Shown: positions 12,503-24,823 of the stretch, piece after piece
How the letters are laid out: each line of letters opens with the position of its first letter
How positions within the stretch are numbered: the first letter of the stretch is position 1
Assembly: GCF_006345805.1 (NCBI RefSeq)
Contig: NC_042997.1
Location: forward strand, 192,696,001-192,760,000
DNA length: 64,000 nt
Origin: Octopus sinensis
Taxonomy: Eukaryota
Reading direction: 5' to 3'
Notes under the pieces: generated by a model
Database searches by the model: none
What the model was told of the DNA's origin: nothing
Seen by the model: only the letters and a program-made list of their open reading frames with translations
Made by a program: the position numbers and the translations under genes

Positions 12503-13575
12503 CATCATTACCACCACCACCACCACCACCACCACCATCACCATCACCACCACCACCATCACTATCATCGTTGTCATTGCAGTTATTGTTTAGGCACAAG
12601 TTAGTCATTGTTTATTTTCAGAAACAAGTGTCCTTTTGCACTACCATTATCCAGGATGTTAGATGCAGTTAGAAAGAGATGTGACAGCTATTTCTAGGAG
12701 GCCAAGTGACCACTTAAAGCTGCACTTTGTCGTCTGTACCATTCTTCACTGTTGCCATGACGATAGTGATAATGGTGATAGTAATGTTGAAGATGATGAC
12801 GATGACAACATCATTTTCATCATCATCGTCATCACCATAACCACCATCATCATCATCATCATCATCATTATCTTCGTCATCATCATCTTCATCGTCGTCA
12901 TCATCATCATCATCATCTTATTTATCCAACCTTCTACCAAGTCACCAATCTCGTCATCTCTATACTAATTACTCCTTCCCCCCACACACCTGTAACACAC
13001 ACACCTGTAACGACAACTGCTTCCCAGTACAATGTTGCACGTAGCATCCCTGTCAACAGGTGTATTGTCACATGTGTATGTATGTATGTGCTTGAATGAA
13101 GGTGTGTGTGTGTGTGTGTGTGTGTGTATGCAAGTATGTATGAATATGTGTAGATGTATACGTATTTGTATAGGTATGTACAAATAAATATATCCAGGTA
13201 TATGTGCATATAAGCATGCAAGTCTATGGTCTATGAATGCATGCAAGTATGTATGTATGTATGTATGTATGACCATGTAGAGTTATGTATGATTACAGGT
13301 ATATACACAGGTGTGTTTATGCATGTCTGCAGGAATACCTGTCTGTCCGTGCGCATGTATGTGTGTACATATTTCATTATGTTGAACCTTTGATCCCTAC
13401 ACATTCTTTTCTCTCTCTGTTATTTTTTTTTTTGAGGCCACTTGCTAGAGAGCCCATAGGCCAATGGGTTTAGGGTCTGAAGAAATGCTATAAAGTGGAG
13501 CATTTTATGGAAGTGAAACCCAGGGTAATCCCATAGACTGGCCGTATCTATCTTTATCTGTTTATCCATCCATCC

Positions 13576-13634
<59 letters not shown>

Positions 13635-13635
13635 C

Positions 13636-13672
<37 letters not shown>

Positions 13673-13743
13673 TAGCAGCGTACGTACACTTTGGTCTCAT
13701 ATATATATATAAATATATATATGTAAGTATGCATGTATGTATG

Positions 13744-14065
13744 TAGCCTCGGGCCAACCAAAGCCTTATAAGTGGATTTGGTAGAGGAAACTGAAAAAAG
13801 CCCGTCGTATATATGTATATATCTATATATATGTATGTGTGTGTATATGTTTGTGTGTCTGTGTTTGTCCTCCCTCCCAACATTGCTTGACAACCGATGC
13901 TGGTGTGTTTACGTCCCCGTATCGTAGCGGTTCGGCAAAAAAAAAACCGACAGAATAAGTACTAGGCTTAAAAAGAATAAGTCTTGGGGTTGATTTGCTC
14001 AACTAAAGGCAGTGCTCCAGCATAGCACCAGTCAAATGACTGAAACAAATAAAAAAGTAAAAGAG
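13744..14065 (+). mobile_element. SINE family A (5'-truncated)
   Basis: Family A body and tail CAGTCAAATGACTGAAACAA. Confidence 0.85.
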
Positions 14066-14111
14066 TATATATATATATGTGTGGCAACATTTGAAGTTTT
14101 GTCTAGGTATA

Positions 14112-14158
14112 TGCAGCTGATGAAGACAAATCAAATCTACGTTGTCAAACGTATTTGA
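14112..14158 (+). ncRNA. Degenerate hammerhead-like motif
   Basis: CUGAUGA-A-GACAA(AUCAAAUCUACG)UUGUC-AAAC-GU-A. The G of GAAAC is missing and stem I is weak. Confidence 0.4.
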
Positions 14159-14504
14159 AAAGTCTGAAACCAGTCCTGCATTATCCGATTCTAGGTTTTC
14201 CATTTTTCAGATGTTCTTCCTAGAGGTAAGACAAGCTTTTTCATGTTTGTTGCACACACGCGTCTTTGCTAGTATTTACACAGTGAAGCTATACAATAGC
14301 GTCGCATTTATTACGATTGCTATTTTCCAGTAAATATCGGTGCCTTGTTGTACCATTTATTTACTCTTTGCCCCAGCATGGCCACAGCTCGTGAGCTGAA
14401 ATTAGATAAAATAAAATTTAAAAAAATATATATATATAAAAGATATATATGTACATATATATATATATATTGGAAGGTTTGGAGATGATGTACAGGTATT
14501 ATAT

Positions 14505-14774
14505 ATTAGAAGAAATGAGGTAATCAGAAGATCAGATGGTTTATATTTACAGATATTTATTTATATATTACATTTTTTACATATATATCATATCATTTAG
14601 ATCATTAGCGCTTTCTCCCATTCTAGTGGGGTTTTTTGATTTGAAAACCCCACTAGAATGGGAGAAAGCGCTAATGATCTAAATGATATGATATATATGT
14701 AAAAAATGTAATATATAAATAAATATCTGTAAATATAAACCATCTGATCTTCTGATTACCTCATTTCTTCTAAT
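14505..14774. repeat. Perfect palindrome, 131-bp arms with 8-nt spacer
   Basis: 14505-14635 is the reverse complement of 14644-14774 with no mismatch seen by eye; embedded in (TA)n. Confidence 0.95.
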
Positions 14775-15126
14775 TTATATATATATATGATAGGCTTCTT
14801 TCATTTTCCGTCTATCAAATCCACTCAGAAAGCTTTGGTAGGCTCGAGGCTATAATAGAAGACATTTGCCAAAGGTGCCACACCTTGGAACTGAAACCAG
14901 AACCATGTGCCATGTGGTTGGGAAGCAAACTTCTTACCACACAGCCACACACACTCATACACACATGCACACACACACACACATGCACACACACACATAT
15001 GCACACACACATGCACACACACACACACACATATAAAGTCCAAATCTACAGAAAACAAAAGATGAAGGCAGGTATAGGAACAACAAGCAGGTATATTAGC
15101 TTGATGCTTGGGAAGAATGGAAAAGT

Positions 15127-15162
15127 CTTTTATGTTTCGAGCCTTTGCTCTTCAACAGAAAG
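15127..15162 (-). ncRNA. Degenerate minimal type-I hammerhead ribozyme
   Basis: Minus strand: CUUU-CUGUUGA-A-GAGC(AAAG)GCUC-GAAAC-AU-A-AAAG. Stems I and II are intact; it sits in a non-coding repeat at about 15030-15275. Confidence 0.6.
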
Positions 15163-15279
15163 GATTAAGAGGAAGTAAAATGGACAGAGAATGAAAAAAA
15201 TGGAGAGAGTAAAAATGTGCAGAGTTCAACGGTCTAACATGGCAAGATGACTGGAAAAAAGAGGCTGAATGAAAGGGCG

Positions 15280-15310
<31 letters not shown>

Positions 15311-15554
15311 TAATAATAATAATATTAATAAAAATAATAATAATACTCTCTATGTAATCCCAAGGTTTAAAACAAACTTTTTTTTTAAATTTATGTATTA
15401 GACATTCACTAGTACAACACCAAAAAAAAAAGAACCAAATATATGGCACACTAGGCATAACAACGTGAACTCCCAACCTGTTGTCTCTTGAGGTCTCTGG
15501 GTGAGACTTGGAGCCAACTTGTACAGACATAAAGCAAAAGTCAAACATAGAATA

Positions 15555-15600
<46 letters not shown>

Positions 15601-15659
15601 TAACAACAATAATTATATTATCAGTAATGATAATCTACTAACCTACCTACTAAGTTTAA

Positions 15660-16225
15660 CGTCCGTGTATGTGTGAATGGGGGAAAGTGAGTATGTATTT
15701 ACAGTTGAGTGTGTGTGTTTGTGTGTGTGTGTGTGTGCATATGGACTGTGTATATGTGTGAGTATGCATATGGACATGTGTATATTTGTAGGGCTAACAT
15801 GTGTGTGTGTGTGTGTATTGTGTGTAGCAATTGATATGTGCTTGTTCAGTTGGTGTGTGCCACATGTGTGTGTGTGTATATATATTGTCTGTGTTCAGGT
15901 ATTGTGTGCTTGTGTGGGTGTGGGAAGGTGCATGATGGTGTGTGGTGTGTCTGCTGAGGTGAACAGTGTGTGTGTGTGGCTCCTTATGCAGTGGTATGTG
16001 TGGTGACATTATTGAAGATTGTGTGTGGGTGTGTGTGCAATGGTGTGTGAATTGAGTTGAACAGTGTGCCCAGGTGTTTGTATAGTGGTGTGCATGTGGT
16101 GAGGGTACTGAGATATGTGGTATGCAGGTGTGTTGGTGGAGGGAAGACCGTTGAATGTGGGAGGTGTGAGGGAATCCATGTGGGGTTTCTGTCAGGTGAA
16201 GAGAGGTTGTGTGTTGAGCCCATAT
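15660..16225. repeat. Degenerate (GT)n-rich low-complexity tract
   Basis: Direct reading. Confidence 0.85.
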
Positions 16226-16600
16226 GGCACAAAGGAATGAAGGGAGAAGATTAATTCCTATTCACAGTGAAGGCGGAGTCCGGTTGGTGGAGCTGATATA
16301 CATTTATGAATTTGTCTTGCAAAATTCCTGATGTGAAACCATGTGTTGAAACAGATATTGCTACATTTCAGGAAGGATATTTTGTTTGCCAAATAAGCAC
16401 ACACACTATATATACAGAAAGTGTAACTGAAGAGGTCACAGATGTGTGACGAAAGATTTCCAGGCAATAGACATGAGTTAAAATAAGAACAAAAATAAAT
16501 GAGTGAAGAATAAATATATAGTGTGTATGTTTGTTTGACAAAAAAAAAAAGACTGTCCCGAAATATAACAATGTGTGTGTGTGTGTGTATGTATATATGT

Positions 16601-16635
<35 letters not shown>

Positions 16636-16735
16636 TATGTAGTTAATCAAACATGAACAAAGAGATAACACAACGCAAGGACGTGGAACAAGTATAGTGC
16701 TATTGGACACTCAGGAAAGGAAAGAAAGAAGGAGG

Positions 16736-16770
16736 ATTTAATGTTTGGAGCGGAACTCTTCATCAGAAAC
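16736..16770 (-). ncRNA. Degenerate minimal type-I hammerhead ribozyme
   Basis: Minus strand: GUUU-CUGAUGA-A-GAG(UUCCG)CUC-CAAAC-AU-U-AAAU, inside an element of about 280 bp (16633-16910) flanked on both sides by (TA)n. Confidence 0.55.
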
Positions 16771-16910
16771 ATAGAAAAAGGAAAGGACCACGAAAGGGAA
16801 GATGGAGAAAGAAAATCGGTAACGATACACACATGGTCACATATTGAAATGACCGGAAGGGAATGGGTGAAGAAAAAGTTCTTTCAAAGACAGGAGAGTG
16901 CAAGAGAAGG

Positions 16911-16995
<85 letters not shown>

Positions 16996-17914
16996 ATGCA
17001 AACATAGTTGTATATACGTGTGATTATGTGTATGTATTGTAAATTTCACATATATGTGATATAAGTTCAGATTTCTTCTTCCCATTTAGATATCCTGCTG
17101 ATTGTAATAATTTTAACGATATCATTCTCACATATTGGCAAACATGAAGCTGCAACGAAGAATTTAAAATGTGTAAATACACCAGACACTAAAATACAGT
17201 TAACTCAGCTGAAATTAAACAACCACTGTGAACACATGCATTTTATTGTTTTAAATGCCACATGAAGTCTGCTAAGGGGCCAGAACCCAGGCATTTGTTC
17301 ACTCACTACCCTTAGCAGCAAATGCTTTTCATCTCTGACCTAAATTTGACTACTAATCTGGACATCAGTGTCATCCTCCTAAACATGTTTCTCTACATTC
17401 TTATACAACCAAAACCTAGAAACTCAGCCTCTTCCACTACCAAGTGATTCATTCACAGATGTTCTACAGCTGTACAATTAAATAATATCTCAATGATACC
17501 AACTAGAAGATGTTTGCTGCTCTCCAAGATTATTATCAGGGAACCTATGAATACATTTGTTCCCTGCGCAGCCTACAAAATCTTTCCCCTCCCAAATTAC
17601 AACCACACTTTCTTGTTCTTTTCCAGTAAGGTTTCTACTAATTTTGCAAAATCCTCCAACAGGTCATTCCACTACCAAAGAGGCCTTGTATATATCACTC
17701 CCCATTTTGTTTCTGACTCTACTCTATATTCAGGGTCACTGAGAGCAATTTGGCATGGTAGACCAAGATTGTTTTGGGGCCCAGGTGGTGGGTGTCTCTC
17801 AAAATTCAAAGAGGTTGTGAACAGTTTGTTTATTTCTTTGTACTTATTCTGTTTTTTTTTTTGATAGGCCCAACAAAGGGTCACTGGCCCCTCCTTGGCT
17901 CTTTGAATCTCATG

Positions 17915-18292
17915 TCATCATTGTTTAACATCCGCTTTCCATGCTAGCATGGGTTGGACAATTTGACAGAGGACTGGCGAACCAGATAGCTGCACCAGGT
18001 TCCAATCTGATCTGGCAGAGATTCTCCAGCTGGATGCCCTTCCTAATGTCAACCACTCCGAGAGTGTAGTGGGTGCTTTTATGTGCCACCTGCACGAAGG
18101 CCAGTCAGGTGGTATTGGCAACGTCCATGCCCAAATGGTGGTTTTTTTTTTTTACATGCCACCTGCACAAGTGCCAGTAAGGCGACGCTGATAACAATCA
18201 CGCTTGAATGGTGCTTTTTACGTGCCACCAGCACGGACACCAGTTAGCCGTTCTGGCAATGATCATGCTCGGATGGTGCTCTTAGTGCATTC
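17915..18292 (-). mobile_element. RTE LINE 3'-UTR fragment
   Basis: Reverse of the RTE 3' end with GGTGGCACATAAAAGCACC subrepeats. Confidence 0.8.
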
Positions 18293-18806
18293 ACTGAAAT
18301 CCCTGTCCTCTTCTCTTATAGGTCCTGACTGAGTACACATAACAAAGCTACTACTAAATTCTTCTCCTCTAGTTGTGTGACCACCAGGTACATGCAGTTG
18401 CTCAGAGAAAAGACATTTCTGATAATTAACCCAACAAGATGGCTGGTGTTCTTTCCATTAGCCTCAAACCATCAAGAGTTATCTCATATTCACTTCAATC
18501 TTCAATCTTTCTCTCTTGCTTATTTGTTTCAGACATTTGACTGCGGCCATGTTGGAGCACCACCTTTAGTTGAACAAATCAACCCCAAGACTTTAGGACT
18601 TATTCTTTATAAGCCTAGTATTTATTCTATTGGTCTCTTTTGCTGAACTGCTAAGTTACAAGGACATAAACACACCAACATTGGTTGTCAAGCAATGTCG
18701 AGGGAACAAACACAGACACAAATGCGTGCGCACACACAAATACACACAAATATGCTAATAATATAGCATGAACTGGATAAACTACCCATATTTTGCAGAA
18801 AAATGT

Positions 18807-18884
18807 TGGTGGCCAGCTATGAGGCTCAAACTCACACCCCTGTGATTACACGTCACAGTGCTCTACCTTTAAGCTAAACTGCCC
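18807..18884 (-). pseudogene. tRNA-Thr(UGU)-like pseudogene with encoded 3' CCA
   Basis: Minus strand: GGGCAGTTTAGCTTAAAGGTAGAGCA-CTGTGA-CGTGTAA-TCACAG-GG-GTGTGAG-TTTGAGC-CTCAT-AGCTGGCC-A-CCA. A cloverleaf is recognisable, with substitutions in the T-loop, anticodon loop and acceptor stem. Confidence 0.65.
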
Positions 18885-19025
18885 CAACAACAAATTCTTC
18901 TGCAAATTTAAGATATATAAATCTCACTTTATATATCAACTGTTGCAGAGAGAGAAAGAGAGAGTAGCGTAAGAAAGAGACAGTGTGTATGTGTATGTGT
19001 ATGTCTGTGTGAAAAAGAAAGAGAG

Positions 19026-19070
<45 letters not shown>

Positions 19071-19091
19071 TATATTCTTTTATTCTTGTGT

Positions 19092-19410
19092 AGGTGCGTG
19101 GCTTAGTGGTTAGGGCATTCAGCTCACGATTGTAAGGTTGTGAGTCCAATTCCCGGTGACGCGTTGTGTCCTTGAGCAAGGCACTTTATTTCACATTGCT
19201 CCAGTCCACTCAGCTGGCAAAAATGAGTTGAACCTGTATTCCAAAGGGCCAGCTTTGTCACACTGTGTCACGCTGAACCTCCCTGAGAACTATGCTAGGG
19301 GTACACATGTCTGTGGATTGCTCAGTCACTTGCATGTTAATTTCATGAGCAAGCTGTTCCGTTGATCGTATCAGCTGGGACCCTCATTGTCATAACCACA
19401 GAGTGCTCCT
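19092..19410 (+). mobile_element. SINE family C (alternative tail)
   Basis: tRNA-like head GGTGCGTGGCTTAGTGGTTAGGGCATTC followed by GTTGTGTCCTTGAGCAAGGCACTT. Confidence 0.8.
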
Positions 19411-19450
19411 TTATATATATATATATTTAATATAATATATATATATATAT

Positions 19451-21304
19451 AGCCAAAGATAAGCCCCTGTACCTGGCTTTTGTTGACATGGAGAAAGCCT
19501 TCGACAGGGTCCCCCGATCCCTTATCTGGTGGGCAATGAGAAAACTAGGGATAGATGAATGGTTAGTGAGAGCTGTGCGGGCCATGTATAGGGACGCCGC
19601 TAGTAGGGTGAGGGTTGGAAATGAGTACAGTGAAGAATTCCGGGTAGAGGTAGGGGTCCACCAAGGCTCAGTACTCAGCCCCCTCCTATTTATCATAGTC
19701 CTCCAGGCAATAACGGAGGAATTCAAGACAGGATGCCCTTGGGAGCTCCTCTATGCTGATGACCTTGCTCTAATTGCTGAGTCGCTATCAGAACTGGAGG
19801 AGAAGTTTCAGGTGTGGAAACAAGGATTAGAATCGAAGGGCCTCAGAGTCAATCTAGCTAAAACCAAAGTCGTAATCAGTAGGATGGTAGACAAATCACA
19901 AACACCTTCAGGTAGATGGCCCTGCTCGATCTGTAGAAAAGGTGTAGGTAGAAACTCTATAAGATGCACCAAGTGTAAGCTATGGACACATAAGAGATGC
20001 AGCAATGTCAAAGGAAGGCTAACTAGATGGTTTTTGTATGTGGCAGATGCTCAGGAACAATAAACACTGAAAATGCTCTGAGACCAACTTCCGTCACTTT
20101 CCAGGGAGAAAAACTAGAAATAGTTGATAGTTTCCATTACCTAGGTGACCAAGTCAGCAGCGGGGGCGGGTGTGCTGAAAGTGTAACTGCTAGAGTAAGA
20201 ATAGCTTGGGCAAAGTTCAGAGAGCTCTTACCTCTGCTGGTGACAAAAGGCCTCTCGCACAGAGTGAAAGGCAGACTGTATGATGCGTGTGTACGAACAG
20301 CCATGCTACATGGCAGTGAAACATGGGCCGTGACTGCTGAGGATATGCGTAAGCTCGCTAGAAATGAAGCCAGTATGCTCCGATGGATGTGTAATGCCGG
20401 TACTCACACTCAGCAGAGTGTAAGTACCTTGAGAGAAAACCTGGACCTAAGAAGCATCAGTTGTGGTGTGCAAGAGAGACGTTTGCGCTGGTATGGTCAT
20501 GTGGCGAGAATGGATGAAGATAGTTGTGTGAAAAAGTGCCACACCCTAGCGGTTGAGGGAACCTGTGGAAGAGGCAGACCCAGGAAAACCTGGGACAAGG
20601 TGGTGAAGCATGACCTTCGAACTTTAGGTCTCACTGAGGAAATGACTAGAGACCGAGACCTCTGGAAGTGTGCTGTGCGCGAGAAGACCCGGCAGGACAA
20701 GTGAGTCCACAACCCGTGGCCTTCTACATGGGATGGAGCCAGCCTACGTATGCATACCTTCCCTTCTTGGGACACAAAACTCTACTTGTGAAGACGTGTT
20801 GAGGCAAGTGAGGATCAGAATCGAAATCGATCAATGGAAATTGCGGATGTGCTACCAGTGCCGGTGGCATGTCGAAACTCTGCTTGTGAAGACCCATTGA
20901 GGCAAGTGAGGATCAGAATCGAAATCGATCAATGGAAATTGCAGATGTGTTACCAGTGCCGGTGGCATGTAAGAGAACTTTCCGTTTCGCGACCGTTGCC
21001 AGCACCGCCCCGTTTCGTGTCCGTTGCCAGCCTCGCCTGGCCCTCGTGCCGGTGGCACATAAAAAGCACCATCCGTTCGTGGCCGTTTGCCAGCTCTGTC
21101 TGGCACCAGTGCGGGTGGCACATAAAAAGCACCCACTACACTCACGGAGTGGTTGGCGTTAGGAAGGGCATCCAGCCGTAGAAACACTGCCAGATTTGAC
21201 TGGGCCTGATGAAGCCTTCTGGCTTCACAGACCCCAGTAGAACCGTCCAACCCATGCTAGCATGTAAAACGGACGCTAAATGATGATGATGATGATGATG
21301 ATGA
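19451..21304 (+). mobile_element. RTE-clade LINE, 5'-truncated, inserted in (TA)n
   Basis: RT motifs FVDMEKAFD, GVHQGSVLSP, LLYADD, FHYLG, RRLRWYGHV and GRGRPRKTW; 3'UTR with subrepeats; (TGA)n tail. Confidence 0.95.
19452..20704 (+). pseudogene. RTE reverse transcriptase C-terminal half, one frameshift near 20027
   Basis: ORFs 19488-20063 and 20027-20704 join into one RT-like polypeptide. Confidence 0.92.
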
Positions 21305-21323
21305 TATATATATATATGGGGGG

Positions 21324-21622
21324 GGGCGCAATGGCCCAGTGGTTAGGGTAGCGGACTCGCGGTCGTAGGATCGCAGTTTCGATTCCCAGACCGGGTGTTG
21401 TGAGTGTTTATTGACCGAAAACGCCTAAAGCTCCACAAAGCTCCGGCAGGGGGTGGTGGTGATCCCTGCTGTACTCTTTCGCCACAACTTTCTCTCACTC
21501 TTTCTTCTGTTGGCCTGCTTGCTTAGCCAGCGGGGTGGCGTCATTTGAAGGCTAAAATAATGCGAAACGCATTGTGACCAGTGATGTGTAGCAACATCTG
21601 ATAGCCTGGTCGGACACGGTGA
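21324..21622 (+). mobile_element. SINE family D
   Basis: GGCGCAATGGCCCAGTGGTTAGGGTAGCGGACTCGCGGTCGTAGGATCGCAGTTTCGATTCCC tRNA-like head. Confidence 0.8.
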
Positions 21623-22162
21623 TATATATATGTACACATATATATATATATATAGGCTTTTGTGCATGTTTTTGTGTAGTGTTTGTCTACTACCACCACT
21701 TGGCGACTGGTATTGCATCGTTTATGTGTCTCTGTAACTTAGCAGTTGGACAAAAGATGCTGCCCAAGCATGGCGCTGCAGTATAATGACTGAAACAGCT
21801 AAAAACTAAAAGGTTGTACTTTGGTTTAAAGAAAAATCCTAACCCCTCTAAATTATACCTAGTGCTCCTTTTAATGCTGCTTCTGATTCTGCAATACACC
21901 TAAGGGGCTGCTACCTCCTAGGTTATGAACCATGGATTCATCCCAATCTCTAGAAACATGTTGAAGTTGTTAGATTCCAAGCAAAGAGTAATCTCTCTCA
22001 GAATCTGCTATTTACAATCCTTTCATCCTTGTTTTCTATATATTAAAGGAGTTATAAATAACCACCCCCTTTATCTCCTGGGTCTCTTATCTCTTTCAAA
22101 CTACACCTTATAATCTTTAAAAGAAAGGAGATATACATACATCAGTTAATGTAGTCCAGGGA

Positions 22163-22306
22163 CAGAGGCATAGCAGAAAAAGGGGTGGGAATGCATGCAA
22201 AATTTCTTCTTTATCATGCCTGTTAATTAAGGTGGGTATGTAGTGGGTGAGTGTGTGCCAAATTTGCCTTTGCCTTTGGACCCTGAGAACTTTTGCTATG
22301 CCTTTG
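22163..22306. mobile_element. hAT-like MITE
   Basis: TIRs CAGAGGCATAGC / GCTATGCCTTTG; 8-bp flanks TCCAGGGA / TCTAGGGT (6 of 8 match). Confidence 0.55.
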
Positions 22307-23215
22307 TCTAGGGTTTACTTTGATTATAGGTCAAATCAAATCAAGGTTGACCTGTTTCTTAACAACAATATGAGTATTTCTGTGTGTGTGTGTGTGTGTC
22401 TGTACATGCATGTGTGTGTGTTCAAACAATTCCTCTTTCTCATTGGAAAACTAAGCAGCCAAAATTAAGTTTGCATTCTTCATCTCAAACTAAAGCTTCC
22501 ATTATCGATAAAAAAACCCCAAAAAACATAGTAGTCTGCTATGACACCCAAGAGAAATTCTTCATTTTAAATAATAACAAAAAATACCAAATCAATTTTT
22601 TTTACCTCATTAATTTCAAATCTAGAGACTTGGATGGAACGAAATAAGTTTGTAGGTACTCATGATAAAATCTCTAAAAGCTATTTCTGATAAATAGTAT
22701 TTTATAATTGAAATTTCTCATTATGTATCTAAATACAAGGTCAATATTGTTAAGGCATCAGACAAAATGCCTTGCAGTATTTAGTTACTGTACTGCATGT
22801 TCTATGTTCAAATCTTACCAAAGTGAATGTTTGCTTTCATCCTTCTAAGGTTGGTAATATAAAGTACCAATCAAATACTAGTTTATTGTCATTCAACCAG
22901 TATTGAAATTTAGAGAAGTTGGTCATTGTTGTGGACCAATATTTTCTCTCAAATTTCTGGCCTTATACTAGTACTACTAGGCTAAATATATCTACCTACA
23001 TACAGACAAAAGAACACTTGTAGTAAATGTAAACCATTTTCATTTTATATTAATAGTGCACAAATCATATCAATTTATATTAAGTATAGAAAAAAGGTCT
23101 ACCTTTTCAAAATATTAGTAAATTCTTGGTCCCATATAATTTTAAAAAATATACAAGACCTTGGTCCCATGCAATTATTACACTAGTCTGCAAGGTTTTT
23201 GGTGTTTAGGAAATA

Positions 23216-24434
23216 CAGGGGTTGGACAAAATAATGGAAACCCCATAAGATTTCAAACAAATTTATTTTGATATGGGGTAGGATTGCCTTTGGCAGTAAT
23301 TACAGCTTGAATACTATGAGGTATGGACTTGTATAAAGTTTGTATTGTTTCCAAAGGAATTTTTGTCCATTTTTCAGCTAAAACAGTCTCCAGTTCTTGT
23401 AGTGATGATGGTGGAGGATATCGACTCCTAACTTGTTTTTCTAAAATGCACCATAAATGTTCAATAATATTGAAATCTGGAGACTGTGGTGGCCAGATAA
23501 GATGTTCAACTTCACAAGAACGTTTCTCGTGCCATCCAATAACAACTTTAGCTGTGTGAATTGGTGCATTGTCATCCTGAAAAATTGCATTCCCCGCCGG
23601 AAACAGTTGTGCAACCATAGGATGAATTTGATCAGATAAAATGCTTAAATAGACTTGACTATTAATTCTGCCATGAAGGGAAACCATTGGGCTGGCACAT
23701 TTCCAAGATATAGCCTCCCAGATCATCACAGATCCTTCTCCATGTTTAACAGTTGGAAGAAGCCAGTGTCGTAAATAAGATTAAGGATGACTTGTCCAAG
23801 AAAATAACATTCTTCCACTGCTCTGGACCAATTCTGTAGGTTTTTACTCCACTCTAAATGCTTTGCAACATTTGTTTTTGAAAGTAGTGGTTTTCTGATT
23901 GCAGCCCTCCCATGAAATCCAGCTTTGTGCAGCTTCCAGGGAACAGTTTTTGCAGGAACTGGATTCCCAAGGTGGTCATTAAGCTCTGCAGTAATTTTGG
24001 GAGCTGTATTTTTTTGATCCTTATTAACAATTCGCGTAAAATTTCGACTGTCCTTATCTGATAGTGTTGGTTTTCTTCCAGTTTTCTTTCAATGAGGAGG
24101 CTTTTCCTTCTTTTGCAAAGGCTGTCATTACTTTTGAGACAGTACTTCTTGATACACCAAACATTTTGGTTGTTTTTGTTATACTAGTGCCTACCATATG
24201 AGCACCAACAATTTGACAACTTTGAAAGTCTGATAGATCTGTCATTTTAATGAATTTTAATTACTTTTTTCTGTTGATATCTGAAAAGAAACAGCAATTT
24301 TAGCAAAGCATATTAAGCAACACTAATAATAAATCAAGAAACATAAAAATAAACAAGCTTTTGATGGTTTTATAGATATTTCAACATTATGATGCTATGA
24401 TGCTTGGTGTTTCCATTATTTTGTCCAATCCCTG
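23216..24434 (-). mobile_element. Tc1/mariner element, DD36E (Incomer-like), 1219 bp, defective
   Basis: TA TSDs at 23214-15 and 24435-36; TIR of about 29 bp CAGGGGTTGGACAAAATAATGGAAAC; broken transposase 24245 to 23253 with FQDDNAPIH...WPPQSPDFNIIEHLW (36 residues between D and E). Confidence 0.92.
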
Positions 24435-24777
24435 TAGACATCATTCCCATACAAAATCAATCTCCTGAATCCAAATATAACTTTCTTTTTGACCTATCAG
24501 ATCTAGTTTTTAAGTTATTGAACATGCCTATAGTCACTATGTATGTGTGTATGTCCAGTACGCAGTGTTCGTTACCTTATTCAAATTCTAAGTTTTTTAC
24601 ATTTTTCCATACTTTTTAGATGTTGTGGTGAGCTAAGCAATAGAAAACGAGCAAAATGTCCTCTTCAGGAAAATGTTGCCCTAATTCTCCAAATATTACA
24701 GTTCTATATTTAAGAGATGAGGAATTACATACATTATTTACGTTTGACGGATATTTATCCTCATCTTGTTTGTTGTT

Positions 24778-24823
24778 AACATAACGTTTTGGCTGATATA
24801 ACCTCCAGCCTTCTTCAGGTGTC
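24778..24823 (-). ncRNA. Minimal type-I hammerhead ribozyme (degenerate copy)
   Basis: Minus strand: GACAC-CUGAAGA-A-GGCUG(GAGGUUAUAU)CAGCC-AAAAC-GU-U-AUGUU. Confidence 0.65.

Noticed and set aside
17250-17720. 123-aa ORF 17493-17864 as a host gene
   Set aside because: No recognisable motif or splice structure; more likely a decayed LINE remnant, but too weak to call.
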